Shown piece by piece: positions 15,501 to 27,979 of a stretch of DNA of 64,000 nt (its first letter is position 1; each line of letters opens with the position of its first letter). The notes under the pieces are model-generated. The model was given only the letters and a program-made list of their open reading frames with translations, did no database searches and was not told where the DNA came from. The DNA comes from Proteromonas lacertae. Taxonomy: Eukaryota. The translations under genes were made by a program, and so were the position numbers. The stretch lies in NCBI GenBank assembly GCA_002245135.1, contig NGBS01000583.1, positions 372,001 through 436,000 on the forward strand, written 5' to 3'.

Positions 15501-17988
15501 TGAACACTGTTAGTTATCAATGTCAATTGATCTTCAGCTTCCATCAGTATTGCATTCTCCCTATTCTGGTTTAATAACCATTTATTCACATTCTCATAAC
15601 ATTCGAAATAGACTGATATATTCTCAATTGGCGGAGATGTTGAATAGAGTTGATAAAACTCATTTCTATAAAAACAATAACAATATATGTAATATACAGT
15701 TTCTTACTAATATTTTGCAATAAAACATCAATTTGGTTATTAGTATTCTTTATTTCTTCCTATTACATATAATAATTAATTCATTTATACATCAATTTTA
15801 GGATTAATTTCATTGATTTTTGAAATTATCAATTGTATTTCCATTTCATTCATATCATTATTAATCAGTTTTAATCTCTTCAACATAACTTCATTATATT
15901 CATTTTCAATTGATGATAATGATACTCCACGAGTAGAACATGTATTATATTTTTGTTCCAATTCATCACTACAACAAAGAATATAATGATAGGTTATATA
16001 CATTAACTGTGATAAGTTTGAATATTGAGCTAACTTTGACATAATTGTAAGTTTCATATCATTTATGTTCTCTATTACTTGATTATACTCCATATCATTC
16101 ATATTATTGAAATTCATTGATGATAATTGTGTTAATAATTGTTGATGTTCTGGTAGTAATATTGGATTAGGAGTTGAATATAAATTCAATAATTCCTTTC
16201 TATTAAATATATAAATATATATAGAATATAGAATAAATACATTTTATTGGATATTTCACTTCCTCTACGATTCTTTGATTCAACAATACCTCTAACATTC
16301 TTCAAGTCATTCATAATCACTTTATAATAATCTTCACTCATAATATTATAGTTTATATTACCATATTTATTGATAATCTGCTGATGTTCTGGGATTATAT
16401 TTGGATATGGAGTTCCATATATTGACATTAATAAATTCCTATATAATAATAACAATAATAATAGTTTATACATTTCATTTATTATTTCATTGGCCTCTTT
16501 TATTCTAGTCTTAATAATATATTGAATATTATTTATCTGATTTCTATAATCCTGTATATCTGCTTGAGTTACTGTAGAATAATCAATAGCATTGACTATC
16601 AATAGTAATTGTGTATGTTCAGGTATGAAACTACTGATTGATATTTGTGGAGTAAGAGATGTAGAGTATAAATCAGTTAATTCAGCCACAGATGATTGAA
16701 TTGTTATACAGTTTTGATTAATCATCTATAATTGAATATATCTATATATAAACAATACAGTTAGTTTCTGTTGATTTTTTATCAATATATCCATCTTTTC
16801 ATTGTATTCTTTAGCATCAACAACTTCAGGGTTATCTTTTATAACAGAAAACCAGTCATTTATTGTTTGATATATTAGAATATATGGTTGAACAATAGCA
16901 TCAGATAGAAGTGTACAATTCTGTATCAAATCAAAGAATTGAATCAACTGTCCTTCTATTGGTGTAACAGTTGATGAAATGTGTAACGACTCTATATTAT
17001 TCTTAAATGGTATTAATGTATCATTTACATATTTATTAAATTCTATCAATTTCAACATATTAAAATCATAGGTTTTTATAAACGTATATTTGTTTTTTAT
17101 ATCTGAAGATAATGAAGATTGATCAAGCTGAGAATAATCACTTAATATTTTGTTTTTCATTGTATCATAGCATGATGCTAGATCTGCTGTTGTAATTAAG
17201 TTATTTAGATATATTTCACACTGTTTTTTATCATTCATATTAACAACTTGAAGATCTTGGTGTAATTGATTTAATTTCTGTGGATTATATTCTAATAATT
17301 GTAATAAATTCCTAAAAATAAATGATATATAAAAGATAAATAATATACAAATATTGATCAAATGCAGACTTATATGAATTATCTTTTAAAGAATCACAAT
17401 GAATATAATAATAAGTTCGATTTTCTATTAATAAAATGTACTGTAAATGTAGTGGTTTCATTGTAGCACTAAAATTACACACTTTTATACTGATATAATA
17501 TTGCTTAAGAGGTTCTGGGACTTGTAAGAAACAATAAAGGAATGAACGAAGTTGATTGTGGAATTCATGAATTTGCTGGTCCAAGAGGGTAGAAATTTTC
17601 AATTTATATTTATCAAATATATCTCTAATAAGTTCATCTTCTGAATTTTCATCTGCATCAGTACCAGTAGCACAATCTATTTCTTTCATGAGTTCTTTGT
17701 TTTCATTAAATCTATCTTGATATTCTGGACATTGTGGATATAGATAATCACTAAAATAAGAAATATATAATACATAACCTCATTTATCAGGACATGTTTG
17801 TAATACACTCTTTTTATAGTCTAAGATATAAACAACATCATTAATACACTAAATCTATCATGGATAGAGCTGATTTCTTGGTCCAATACATCACCATTCA
17901 GCTTTGCAGCTTTTTTAACTTTTCCAACTAACGGTTTTTCTCCTACAATTTTAGTAATTTCTTCTTGTTCCTCGATTACACGATCCAT
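12564..17988 (-). CDS. Helical-repeat (spectrin-like) protein C, multi-exon, paralog of A and B
   Basis: ATG 17988 (MDRVIEEQEE). Repeats FIPEHTQLL, IIPEHQQII, LLPEHQQLL and CSTRGVSLS match gene B modules. Stop TAA about 12564; last junction uncertain. Confidence 0.7.
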
Positions 17989-18098
17989 TTACTTAAAAAA
18001 AGATTTTTCAAAAAATGTCTCAAGCCAATCCAAAATTTTGGGGATTTGACAAATCAACGAAAATAATGTTTAAAACACAATTTATATATCAAAAAAAA

Positions 18099-21000
18099 TT
18101 AAATTTTATCAATATTAACATTTGATACTACTTGTTTTAAAGCCAATTTTCGGTATACCCCATTTTCAATTCTCATTAAATCTTCATGCTTTCCTGCTTC
18201 AACTACTCTTCCATGATCCATTACAAAGATTATATCAGCATTTTGAATTGTACTTAATCTATGAGCAACTATTATACTTGTTCTATCACTACTTTCTAAT
18301 AATTTATCAATTGCTTCTTGAACAACAGCTTCACTTTCGGTATCTAAAGCACTAGTAGCTTCATCTAACAACAATATCTTTGGATTTCTTAATACAGCTC
18401 TGGCAATGGCAATTCTTTGCTTTTGTCCTCCACTTAATTGTTCTCCTTTATTACCAACTTCAGTATTATATCCATCTGGGAATTCCATTATGAAATTATG
18501 AGCATTTGCTGCTTTTGCTGCTGCTACTACATCTTCATGAGTTATTTTATCATTTCCATAATCTCCCATCTTTATATTATCTTCAATTGTTCCACTGAAT
18601 AAAACTGGTTCTTGACCAACTAAACCAAATTGTTTTCTCAAATACTTTATATTGATTGATGTAATTTCATGACCATCTAATAAAACTTCACCTGAATCAG
18701 CATTATAGAATCTTTGTAATAAGCCAATTATTGTTGATTTACCACAACCACTTGAACCAACTAAAGCAACTTTCTGACCTTTTTGAATCTTCAAATTCAA
18801 TTTTCGTAATACTTGTTTGTTATTACCATCTACATTATAACCAAAATAAACATCTTTTAACTCAATTTCACCTTTTATCTCTGGTTTTTCTCCATTTTCA
18901 TTCGAATGATCAATAGTTGGAATTCTATCACAGATATTAAAAATACTGTTTGCAGCTATTTTGAACTTTACAGTATCCATTCCTAATGTAGCAACTAAAC
19001 CAATTGTTCCAGCACTATTAATATAAATAAATAAATAAATAAATGTTATACCATGAAGCCATTGCTAAAAACACATTCATAACTTGAACAGTATCACATC
19101 TACCTTGTAATATAAAAATACCACCAACTGCAAATCCTAATACAAAATTAGCGATTGTTATAAACTAAACAATATAATATAATATATATATATATATATA
19201 CATCAATATATCCTTGAACTATACCATTACAATATGAATCTCTCTTTCCTAACTCATTTGATGTTTGTTGTTTTGTTTGAAATTGCGACAATAAATTATC
19301 TTCTAATCCATAAGATTGAACTGTTCTGATTGAGTTAACTGATTCTGATACAATAGTACCTGCTTCTTCAAGAGGTTTTTTTACTTTTTCTGCGCTTTTT
19401 GACATAAATATAACTTGAACATATGTTCCAAATACAATCAGTGGAATGGAAATACAAACAACAAAAGTTAAAAGCCAATATGATGCAAAAGCGATAATAA
19501 GACTTGTAATTATACCAAAGAATGATTGAGAGTTAATCGCTAACTTTTGACCTAATGCTGTTTTAATATATGTATTATCTGTTGAAATTTCTGTTGTTAT
19601 TGAACCAGCAGTATGGTCTTTTTCATTATAAAATCCAACATCTTGTTTTAATAAAGATGTATAACACATTTTTCTTATTCTGCATGTATAAGATTCAGTC
19701 ATTGCACCAAAACCATAACATTTAAATGAATTTCCAACACATAATAGGATATTATAAACAATCATAATAACACACCACATTGTAACTCCATCCATCATAT
19801 CATGTACATTTGGTTTGTTATAATCATTTAACATGTTAGAGAAAATAAATGAAAATAAAGGTAAACCAATACCAACCATTGCTCCACCTATAATACCAAT
19901 GAAAATATTCCATTTTTCTGATAAAACATATGATAATAACCTCCAAGCTGATTTATTTGTCTCTTTTTGATCAATTACAGTTTTATCAATTTTTATATCT
20001 GATTTGATTATACTTGATTCACGAATGGATGATTTCTTCTCAAGAACTACTTCAGTTGGTGATACAATACCCTCAATATTATGTAGATTTTGCTTATTAC
20101 ATAATTCAGTATATACTCCATTTAGTTTCAATAATCCTAAGTGTGAACCTTGTTCTATTATTTCTCCTTGATTCATAACTATTATTCTATCAGCTTTTTC
20201 TATTGTGGATAATTTATGAGCAATTATAATTGTTGTTCTATTTTTTTGTTTTACCAATTCATCTAAAGCTCCTTGAACTATCTTTTCACTTTCACTATCT
20301 AATCCACTAGTTGCTTCATCAAGAATCATTATTGATGGATTTCTAACTAAAGCTCTAGCAATAGCTATTCTTTGTTTTTGACCACCTGACATTGAATGAC
20401 CTCCATCGCTTACTAAAGTATCATAACCTTGTTGAAATTCCATTATAAAATCATGAGCATATGCTAATTTAGCAGCTTTAATAATATCTTCATCACTACA
20501 TTCTAAATTTCCATATCTTATATTCTCTTTAATTGTGCCATAGAAAAGAACTGGTTCTTGACTAACTACACCTATTAATTTTCTATAACTCTTTATATTG
20601 ATGTTCTTTATGTCTTTATTATCAACTAATATTGATCCTGATTCAGGATCATAGAATCTTTGTATTAGCTGAGTTATTGTTGATTTTCCACTTCCACTTT
20701 TCCCAACTATTCCAATTGTTTGTCCACTTTCTATCTTCAAACTAAGATTTTTCAATACTGCTTGTTCTTTTCTTGATGGATAAGTAAAACTTACATTTCT
20801 AAACTCAATAATACCTTTGATTTCATCTATTTTCTCATTCTTCTCTTCATTTATTTCTGATTTACTTTCAATTGTTGAATAGATTGTTTTACAAATACCT
20901 CTTGATAAATTGAATGCTGATATTGCACCAGGTATCATAAATAAACTATAATTACCAGCCATTAATACTAAATAAGTTAAGAATGCTCCTCCTCCTGTAA

Positions 21001-22300
21001 AACAACTATCACCTGTTTGACATTTAAATGATTCATCACACTATGATAGATTATAACAATTTATTTATATATACAATATTCCTATTATTACATTCTTCAG
21101 ATGTAAAGTTATGATGATTGTTATTACAAACAGTGGAAATAAACAACTCACCAAACTCAGATTCAATATCATACATTCCAGGACAACTCTTTCTGAATCT
21201 AATGAATATAATAAAGAAATATTAATTATACGATTCCATCATATCATTTTGATCATCTCTAACAATAGCACCTCCATACCATAATCCACATGCTAATGCA
21301 ATATAAAACACCATATTGAAAAAACCTTCTGAAAATCCATTAAATCCAGCTACTTTTATACCAATCTTTTTTGCCTTAATAATCTAAAATTACATTTATA
21401 AATGTATATCTATACTGCTTGATCATAGATCTTATGAAAATAATCTTCAAGACCATAGGATGCAACTGTTTGAATTGAACTAATACTTTCTTCAATTATT
21501 CCACTACTTTTAGCATAGGCTGATTGTAAAGATCCGAAATATTTACCTGTATAGTTTCCAATATAAGTGGCTATGATACATAGTGGAATTCCTATTGCTA
21601 GTGTAACTAATGACATTTTCCAACCCTATGATCAAAATATAACAATGTAGTGATTATACGACAGTTAACCCAATTATATAACCTGTAATTAATTGACTAA
21701 ACGCTTTTAACATTTTACCTATTTCTATGCCTATTCCTGGAATTATTGAATAAGTATCATCAATAACTCGTGTTGACAATGTTTTAGAATCATTCATATC
21801 AAACCAAGATATTTCTTGTTTTAATATACTTTTATAGTACATACATCTAATTCTAGCCATTTGTCTTTCTAATAACATATTAAACAATCATATATCCATA
21901 CCAGCAGTATATTTAAAACAAAATGTGAATAAAAATGCTGTTATAGCGTTAACAACGTCTATTACTAACACATAAATAGAATTATTTGCTATGGCTTCTT
22001 TAATCTATTGATATTACTTAATATTAATACTTCACTTTCTTCAAGTAGTTCAATTAATTGAAATTGGTCAAATAATCTTCTTACAAATATCATTGCGACT
22101 GGATGACATACTCCACAGATTAATGCGCTTAACACTCCAACAATGTACAATAAAACATCTATTTTATCAGCATATTTGAATAGTTGACTAACAGGTAATG
22201 TTTTAGAATCAGTTTTTGTTGAATCAAGAATATCTTTAGAAGACTGAACATTATCTTTTTTAACTACATCAGTAGATGCCTTTTTGGTATTATTTCCCAT
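18099..22300 (-). CDS. Full-length ABCB (MDR/P-glycoprotein-type) transporter
   Basis: TMD-NBD-TMD-NBD layout. Walker A GKSGSGKS and GSSGCGKS, signature (M/L)SGGQKQRIAIARA, Walker B LDEATS. Short introns join ORFs 21989-22300, 21654, 21410, 19148 and 18099. Confidence 0.95.
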
Positions 22301-22524
22301 ATCTGCCGGTGATCTCTCTTTTGACTATCTATTCGTGAGAAAATCAAAAGAGTAATTTTTGAAATGTTGGAATTTAACAAATGTAAAATACACAATCATT
22401 TAAGATGTAGTTTACAATAAAATTATTGCCTATATGTAGTAGAAGATTCATTATTAATGAATATTAAAAAATATTATCATAAAATATATGATATGATATA
22501 ATGAATTAAATTCGATAAAGTCTA

Positions 22525-23475
22525 CTATTTAGGAGGAAGAAGTGATAATCTTCTAGTACGAGTAAGTGTTGATGAAGGAGTAGATTTTTGAGTTTTTTCT
22601 TTCAACATTAACTTCAACTGATTGATTTCTTTCTGCATTTGATTCATCTAAGATATATTCAATATAAATATACCTTTTCTTTATAAAATGTAACATTTGT
22701 AGTTGAAGTAGCTGATATAATGTTTTGTAATGCCTTTTCTATATTCTCTTTTTCCATAATGCGACATTTATTTTGATTCTCTGATAATTCCTTGAGATAG
22801 GATGATGACTTAATTTGTTCTTCTTTTAACATGTTTTTTAAACTTTCAATTTGTTGTTTTGATTGCTCAATTTGCTGATTGAACGAATTTGTTGTTCTTT
22901 CATATAACTCTTTCTGTTGATTCAATTGAATATTCTTATAAACAGTATAGGTGAATTATAGATACTAATTTTACTGATTCATTCTGATTCAATTCAGTTA
23001 TACTGTTCAATTTTTCTGTCAATTGCTTATTCCTAGATATTATTACAATATTATATATCTTTAAAAAATACTGATTTCTTAGTATATTCATTTGCATGAG
23101 AACTTTTTGATACTCTTGCTTATCAATTTGATATTGTTTGATAAATGAATAGATATTGCCCATATCACACTTATTCGTTTCAATCTCTTAAATAAATAAA
23201 TAAATAAATGTACCACCTTTTAACTTAGCATTCTCTTTTGATAATGTCTCTATTTGTCTTTCATAATTCTTATTCTGATTCTCTAATACCTACAAATAAT
23301 TTTTATATATGTAACTTCTAGTTTGGTGCAATATTCTGTTGTACATTCACATATATGAGAATATTCTTCAACAATCTGTTCCAAAAAGTCATTTGCTAAA
23401 ACTTTATGTCAAATAAGTCGTACATAGAACATTCTTATACATATTATCCCTTAATATACTCTCAGATTCACTCAT
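22525..23475 (-). CDS. Uncharacterised coiled-coil protein
   Basis: ATG 23475 (MSESESILRDN). Exons include ORFs 22936-23163 and 22659-22925. Q/E/K heptads. Stop TAG at 22525. Confidence 0.6.
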
Positions 23476-23548
23476 TATATTCAAAAGAAAATTCAATTCA
23501 AAATATTTGATCGTTTCAATTTAAATCAATTTTGATTTTCTCTTGAAG

Positions 23549-24207
23549 ATGATGTTGAAAGGGCTCATTAATTATAGAAATACTGCAAAAATACAACAAA
23601 TAATGGTATATGGTTGTAATATATAATATTATTAGAGTTTAAGGCATTTTGTAACAAGAAAGGATTTGAAGCCTACAAATAAAGATGCTAAGAAATTGCT
23701 TTTTAAATCAATAGATGAGATTGGGGATTTTTCTCAAAAGAGATCGCAATATAAAAAGCATCTTCATTCACTTCGATATAAATACAATAATGAATTTACT
23801 CTTTTAGAAGAGCAAAAGAAGCAGGAACTTAAAAGAAAAACAAAAGAAATGTTGAGAGAGAATGAATTAGAAAGTCAAGAAGCACAAAGTCATAAGAAGA
23901 AAAGAGAAAACAACTTATTAGGCAAATTAGCTGAACAGAAAAAGTATTTTACTATTTAATTATATTGTATAGAGAAGATGAAAAAATAGCAAGACAGAAT
24001 TACGAATATATGATGAATTATAGAAAATTTAATTGTGCAAGACATTTAGAAGATTTAAGACAAGAATGTAAGACTTGGTGGAAAGTGACTGATAATATAG
24101 ACGAAGTATTTTTTATGTTGATATAATTATTATAGAAATTATGGAAAGAAATCAATAAAACAACCCCTACAAATTGGTATAGTACTTTTAGAGGAATGAA
24201 TAACTAA
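23549..24207 (+). CDS. Small basic coiled-coil protein, likely organellar (possibly mS26-like mitoribosomal)
   Basis: Basic leader MMLKGLINYRN...SLRHF, long charged helix, ends WWKVTDNIDEKLWKEINKTTPTNWY...*. Three short introns. The mS26 resemblance is a weak impression only. Confidence 0.45.
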
Positions 24208-24369
24208 ATAATTATCAATTAATTCTTTTTTTTTCCTTTTAGTGTTTTATTTGCATTTGTTTTATGTATGTGTATAAGACAATGGATTATGTCATCCAAA
24301 TAATTAGAATAATAAAAATCTATAAAATAAATAAAAATAGATCCGTTTAAGTAGCCATTTTGATTAAGA

Positions 24370-27202
24370 ATGGACAATAACAGTACTGCTGATGAAAATG
24401 ACGATGAATATACTCCATCCAGTGATGATGACTCTGATGATGATATAAAAAATGTAATTGAAGCTGAATATGTCGAAAAACCTCCACCTCAAGCTGAAAA
24501 GCTGCTACCACAAACTGACAATATAGCAGAACATACTAGAGATAAATTGAATTTGAAAGATGTACACATTGACAAATTGGATGAAATTCTATATCAATCT
24601 CTTCCTGATGAAACACCTAGACCTAATATTGAGTATATACATAGATATTATATAATATTCTTAGATATCAAATGATACTACGAAATATGGATTTAGAGGA
24701 AAGTGAAGATGATGAATATGAACCTGAAGAAGACACTGAGAATGTAGTTGAAGATGAGGTATAAAAATAATGATATTATTTATTCACATAGCATATTACT
24801 TTATATCCTATATCAGAAAAGCATAAACATCAAACATACAAATCAAAAGTGAATAATATAAAGATATTAAAACCTATTTTACCACAGAAAGAAATCCATA
24901 CAACAAGATTATTCACTGATCCTCGTTATTCTTTATTACAACATCAAATAAAAATATTTTTCCAATTGCTAGTGGAAAACTTCTTATTGATGTTAGATAA
25001 TTCAGATTATGATGAATTATTAAAACAGGCTAAAGATATATTATGTGAGTATATTTTTAATTTATATTTGTAAATAGTTTGAGATTATTAAATGAACATT
25101 TCAAGTCATTATTTACATCACATCACAATCAATTCCATTTATCTTCAGTATTTCAATTTCCAGGTGTTCAATATATTCCATTGCTATTATCTGCTTTTAC
25201 TACCAATCATCAAAACGAAAATTTAAGAAATAATAATGACAAACAAACATCTCAATCCTATACTACAGCCTATACGACAATCCATACTCGAGCCAATTCA
25301 TTGTTTCAATATTTCGCACCATCTTTTAACCCTTCATTATATCCAAACCGTATAATAGAAAAACCTAATGAAGAAGGAGGTTATGGTTCTACAGGAAGAT
25401 TACTATTTACACCAGCTGAAGATAGATTATTAGCAATTGGTGAATATTATTATATGTCAGAGTATGATAAAATATCTGAACGTTTAGTGCCAACAATGTC
25501 AGCAAGTCAATTGAAGAATAGATCAAAAAATCTTAGACATTCGAATAGTAAAGTTGAAAATAATTGTAGTAAAGAATGTCATTCAATAATTAAATCAGGA
25601 AGATCATATAGTTTAGAAGAAGTATTATTATTTAGAGCTGGAATACAGAAATATAATGATTCAAATAAATCATATGAATTAATACAAAAAGAATTTTTAC
25701 CTCATTTAGGTGTTAATACAATCAAAGATTTGAAGAAAAGTTTGACTGAGAATAGTAGTTTATTGTATAATAAAAGTATTCAACATCAATCAGATCAAAA
25801 TGCTGTTAATTATTCAATTGTTCATCCAAATATATTACTAAAATCAAGCGAAGTATTAAAAAAATCTACCAAGAAAACGAAAAGCAGTAGTAATAGTGGT
25901 GCTAATAACAATTCAAAGACATTGCCATTAATATTCTTTGATCATGATAATATCGATAATGATAATACTCATTTACCTCCTCCACCACCTAGTACAATTC
26001 CACATGAAATATTTGAAAAAGATACAATAGATGAAGATGATGAAAATGATAATAATATTGAATTAAATAATAATAATCCTAATAGAATGACAAGAGTAAT
26101 TCAACCAATAATTAACTTTCATAATAATAATAATAATATAACATTATATCCACAACAACAAGTACAGCCACTTCCTCAAGCATTGACAATGCCAATATCA
26201 ACAATACCAACCAGATTTACTCCATTAAATATACCATCTATAATGACTAGTAACAATAATAATGGAATAAATGTTACGACAACAGCAGATAATAATAATA
26301 ATAAAACAACTAAAACGAAAAGAAAAAGAAAAAGTAAGAAAGATGAATGTAATGGAGATAATAATGATGGAACTAATAATAATAATGATAAATCAAAACG
26401 AAAAAGAAGAAAACAAAATAAGTCTGAACCTCAACAAGTATCTCCACCTCCACCTCCACAACAACAACAACCTCCACAACAAATAAATCCAATCCCATCA
26501 ATTATATCATCAAATTCTAAAGATAACTATAGTAATCATGCAATAGAACCACCACCATCTTTACCATCTACACCATTATTAATCTCATCACTATCAAAGA
26601 CAAATACAAATTCATTGAATATTAATACTAATAGCTTATTCACTACTATGAGTAATAATGGATTTACATTATCGAATGGTTTAGATTCTAATTTTGGTAG
26701 TAGATTTGAACTATCAAGATTTGGTGATGAAACATTATCAATGGATCAAAGTAATAATACATCCTCCAATCATACACCAACTATAAATGGAACATCGTCT
26801 TCATCATCATCAGCAGCAACAACATTTGAGCCATTCTTTAAAGTAATGCATGAATTTAATGGATCAACAATTTCACCATTGAGTAATACAAGTAAAAGTT
26901 TAAGTTTGAATAGTCCTAATTCAACTATTTCATCAGCAACTACATCTCCTGATAAATCAACTGAATTAAATACATTGAATTTGACAAATACACAAATATC
27001 AACTTCATCTTTATCAACTGACAGTCTGTTCAAATCACAGCAAGGAAGAGAAGAGAGGATTAATTTAACTGCTGAAGATCAATTGATATTGCAACATGTA
27101 AATACATATGGCGAGAAAAAGTGGAATTTACTTACATCAAAGATTAATAAAACTGTAGATGAAATAATCAATAGACACAAATTCATAAAAAACAAAATAT
27201 AA
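24370..27202 (+). CDS. GON4L: GON-4-like / DUO3-like nuclear regulator with Myb/SANT domains
   Basis: IAEHTRDKLNLKDVHIDKLDEIL resembles the GON4L/DUO3 N-terminal block. FTPAEDRLLAIG...SQLKNRSKNL is Myb-like. C-terminal SANT TAEDQLILQ...KTVDEIINR. Confidence 0.7.
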
Positions 27203-27497
27203 TTATAATTGTCGTTTTGATTTATGTAATGATTGAATTTTAATAAAGAAAATAATATATAATAAATAGATAAGTGATTTATAAATATTCAACTTATATC
27301 TACATCCTTCTTCAAATTTTCTAAATCTTTTCACCTTTTCATTACCATCACATTCAAATACTAGCAATTCATCCAATATCTTCTTAGGAATTAAAATTTA
27401 TTGAATCTATAATAAAAATAAATTAAATATGAAATAAATTTAGAGAATCACTAGAAAGGGTCATAAAGGTTGGGTGTCTTCAATTTTATAGCATTGC

Positions 27498-27593
27498 TAA
27501 TTCAGAAACACGGACCTAATGATTTCATACCCATATAGATATAGATTTATTAAACATTTCTTCATATAGGGGTGAAGGTTTGTCATCACTCTA
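27498..27593 (-). ncRNA. Box C/D snoRNA with a U18/snR18-type guide plus an snR60-type (LSU Gm908) guide
   Basis: Minus strand: box C GTGATGA (27583-27589), D' ATGA (27562-27565), box D CTGA (27502-27505). GGTCCGTGTTT before D is antisense to LSU AAACACGGACC (D+5 = yeast Am649). TTCACCCCTAT before D' is antisense, with one mismatch, to AUAGGGGCGAA (D'+5 = yeast Gm908). Confidence 0.85.
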
Positions 27594-27651
27594 TTCAGTT
27601 GGTGATGCATGAAGTGTTAATCATAAGAAATATAAATAATAATATATATAA

Positions 27652-27726
27652 ATCTCAGATAAATTGGGTATCGTTGTTTATCCACACTATTTTCAGAGTG
27701 GTGCACGGTTTGTCCTCATCGAATAT
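27652..27726 (-). ncRNA. Box C/D snoRNA, snR40/U32-like
   Basis: Variant box C TCGATGA (27716-27722), D' CTGA (27693-27696), D CTGA (27655-27658). CCGTGCACCAC pairs with SSU GUGGUGCAUGG (D'+5 = yeast Gm1271). ATACCCAA before D pairs with LSU UUGGGUAU (region of yeast Um898). Confidence 0.85.
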
Positions 27727-27737
27727 AGTAAAAATAT

Positions 27738-27819
27738 AATATCAGAAATAGAGCTCCCGTTTCTAATCTTTTGCTTTTTAGCATCTTAAGACCGTCGTGG
27801 AAGTTTTCTCATCACATAT
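27738..27819 (-). ncRNA. Box C/D snoRNA, snR73/U35-like
   Basis: Box C GTGATGA (27809-27815), box D CTGA (27742-27745). CACGACGGTCT is antisense to LSU AGACCGUCGUG ahead of a degenerate D' AAGA (D'+5 = yeast Cm2959). The second guide GGGAGCTCTATTT is unassigned. Confidence 0.85.
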
Positions 27820-27979
27820 TAGAAGAAGTCAGATTAGTAATTATTAATAGTTATAATGAGTTATACCTTTATTTCTTCATGAGCAAAATGCAAAAATGCT
27901 GATTGGAAATGCAATGATTTAATTGGTCATTTCAATCTTTCAAACCTCGGCTTGATAGAATTTATATTTTTGAATATTC

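Noticed and set aside
1..17988. Apparent stop-codon readthrough or alternative genetic code suggested by fragmented ORFs
   Set aside because: Stops fall inside ~30-nt GT-AG introns whose removal restores the frame; long exons elsewhere read normally with the standard code.
26000..26500. AAT/CAA/GAT triplet runs (also 29000, 34600, 36080)
   Set aside because: Low-complexity Asn/Gln/Asp/Glu coding tracts.
27595..27630. Possible fourth snoRNA (CTGA at 27595-27598), plus similar hints at 27448-27484 and 27829-27880
   Set aside because: Box C missing or degenerate, spacing too short, or no recognisable rRNA complement.
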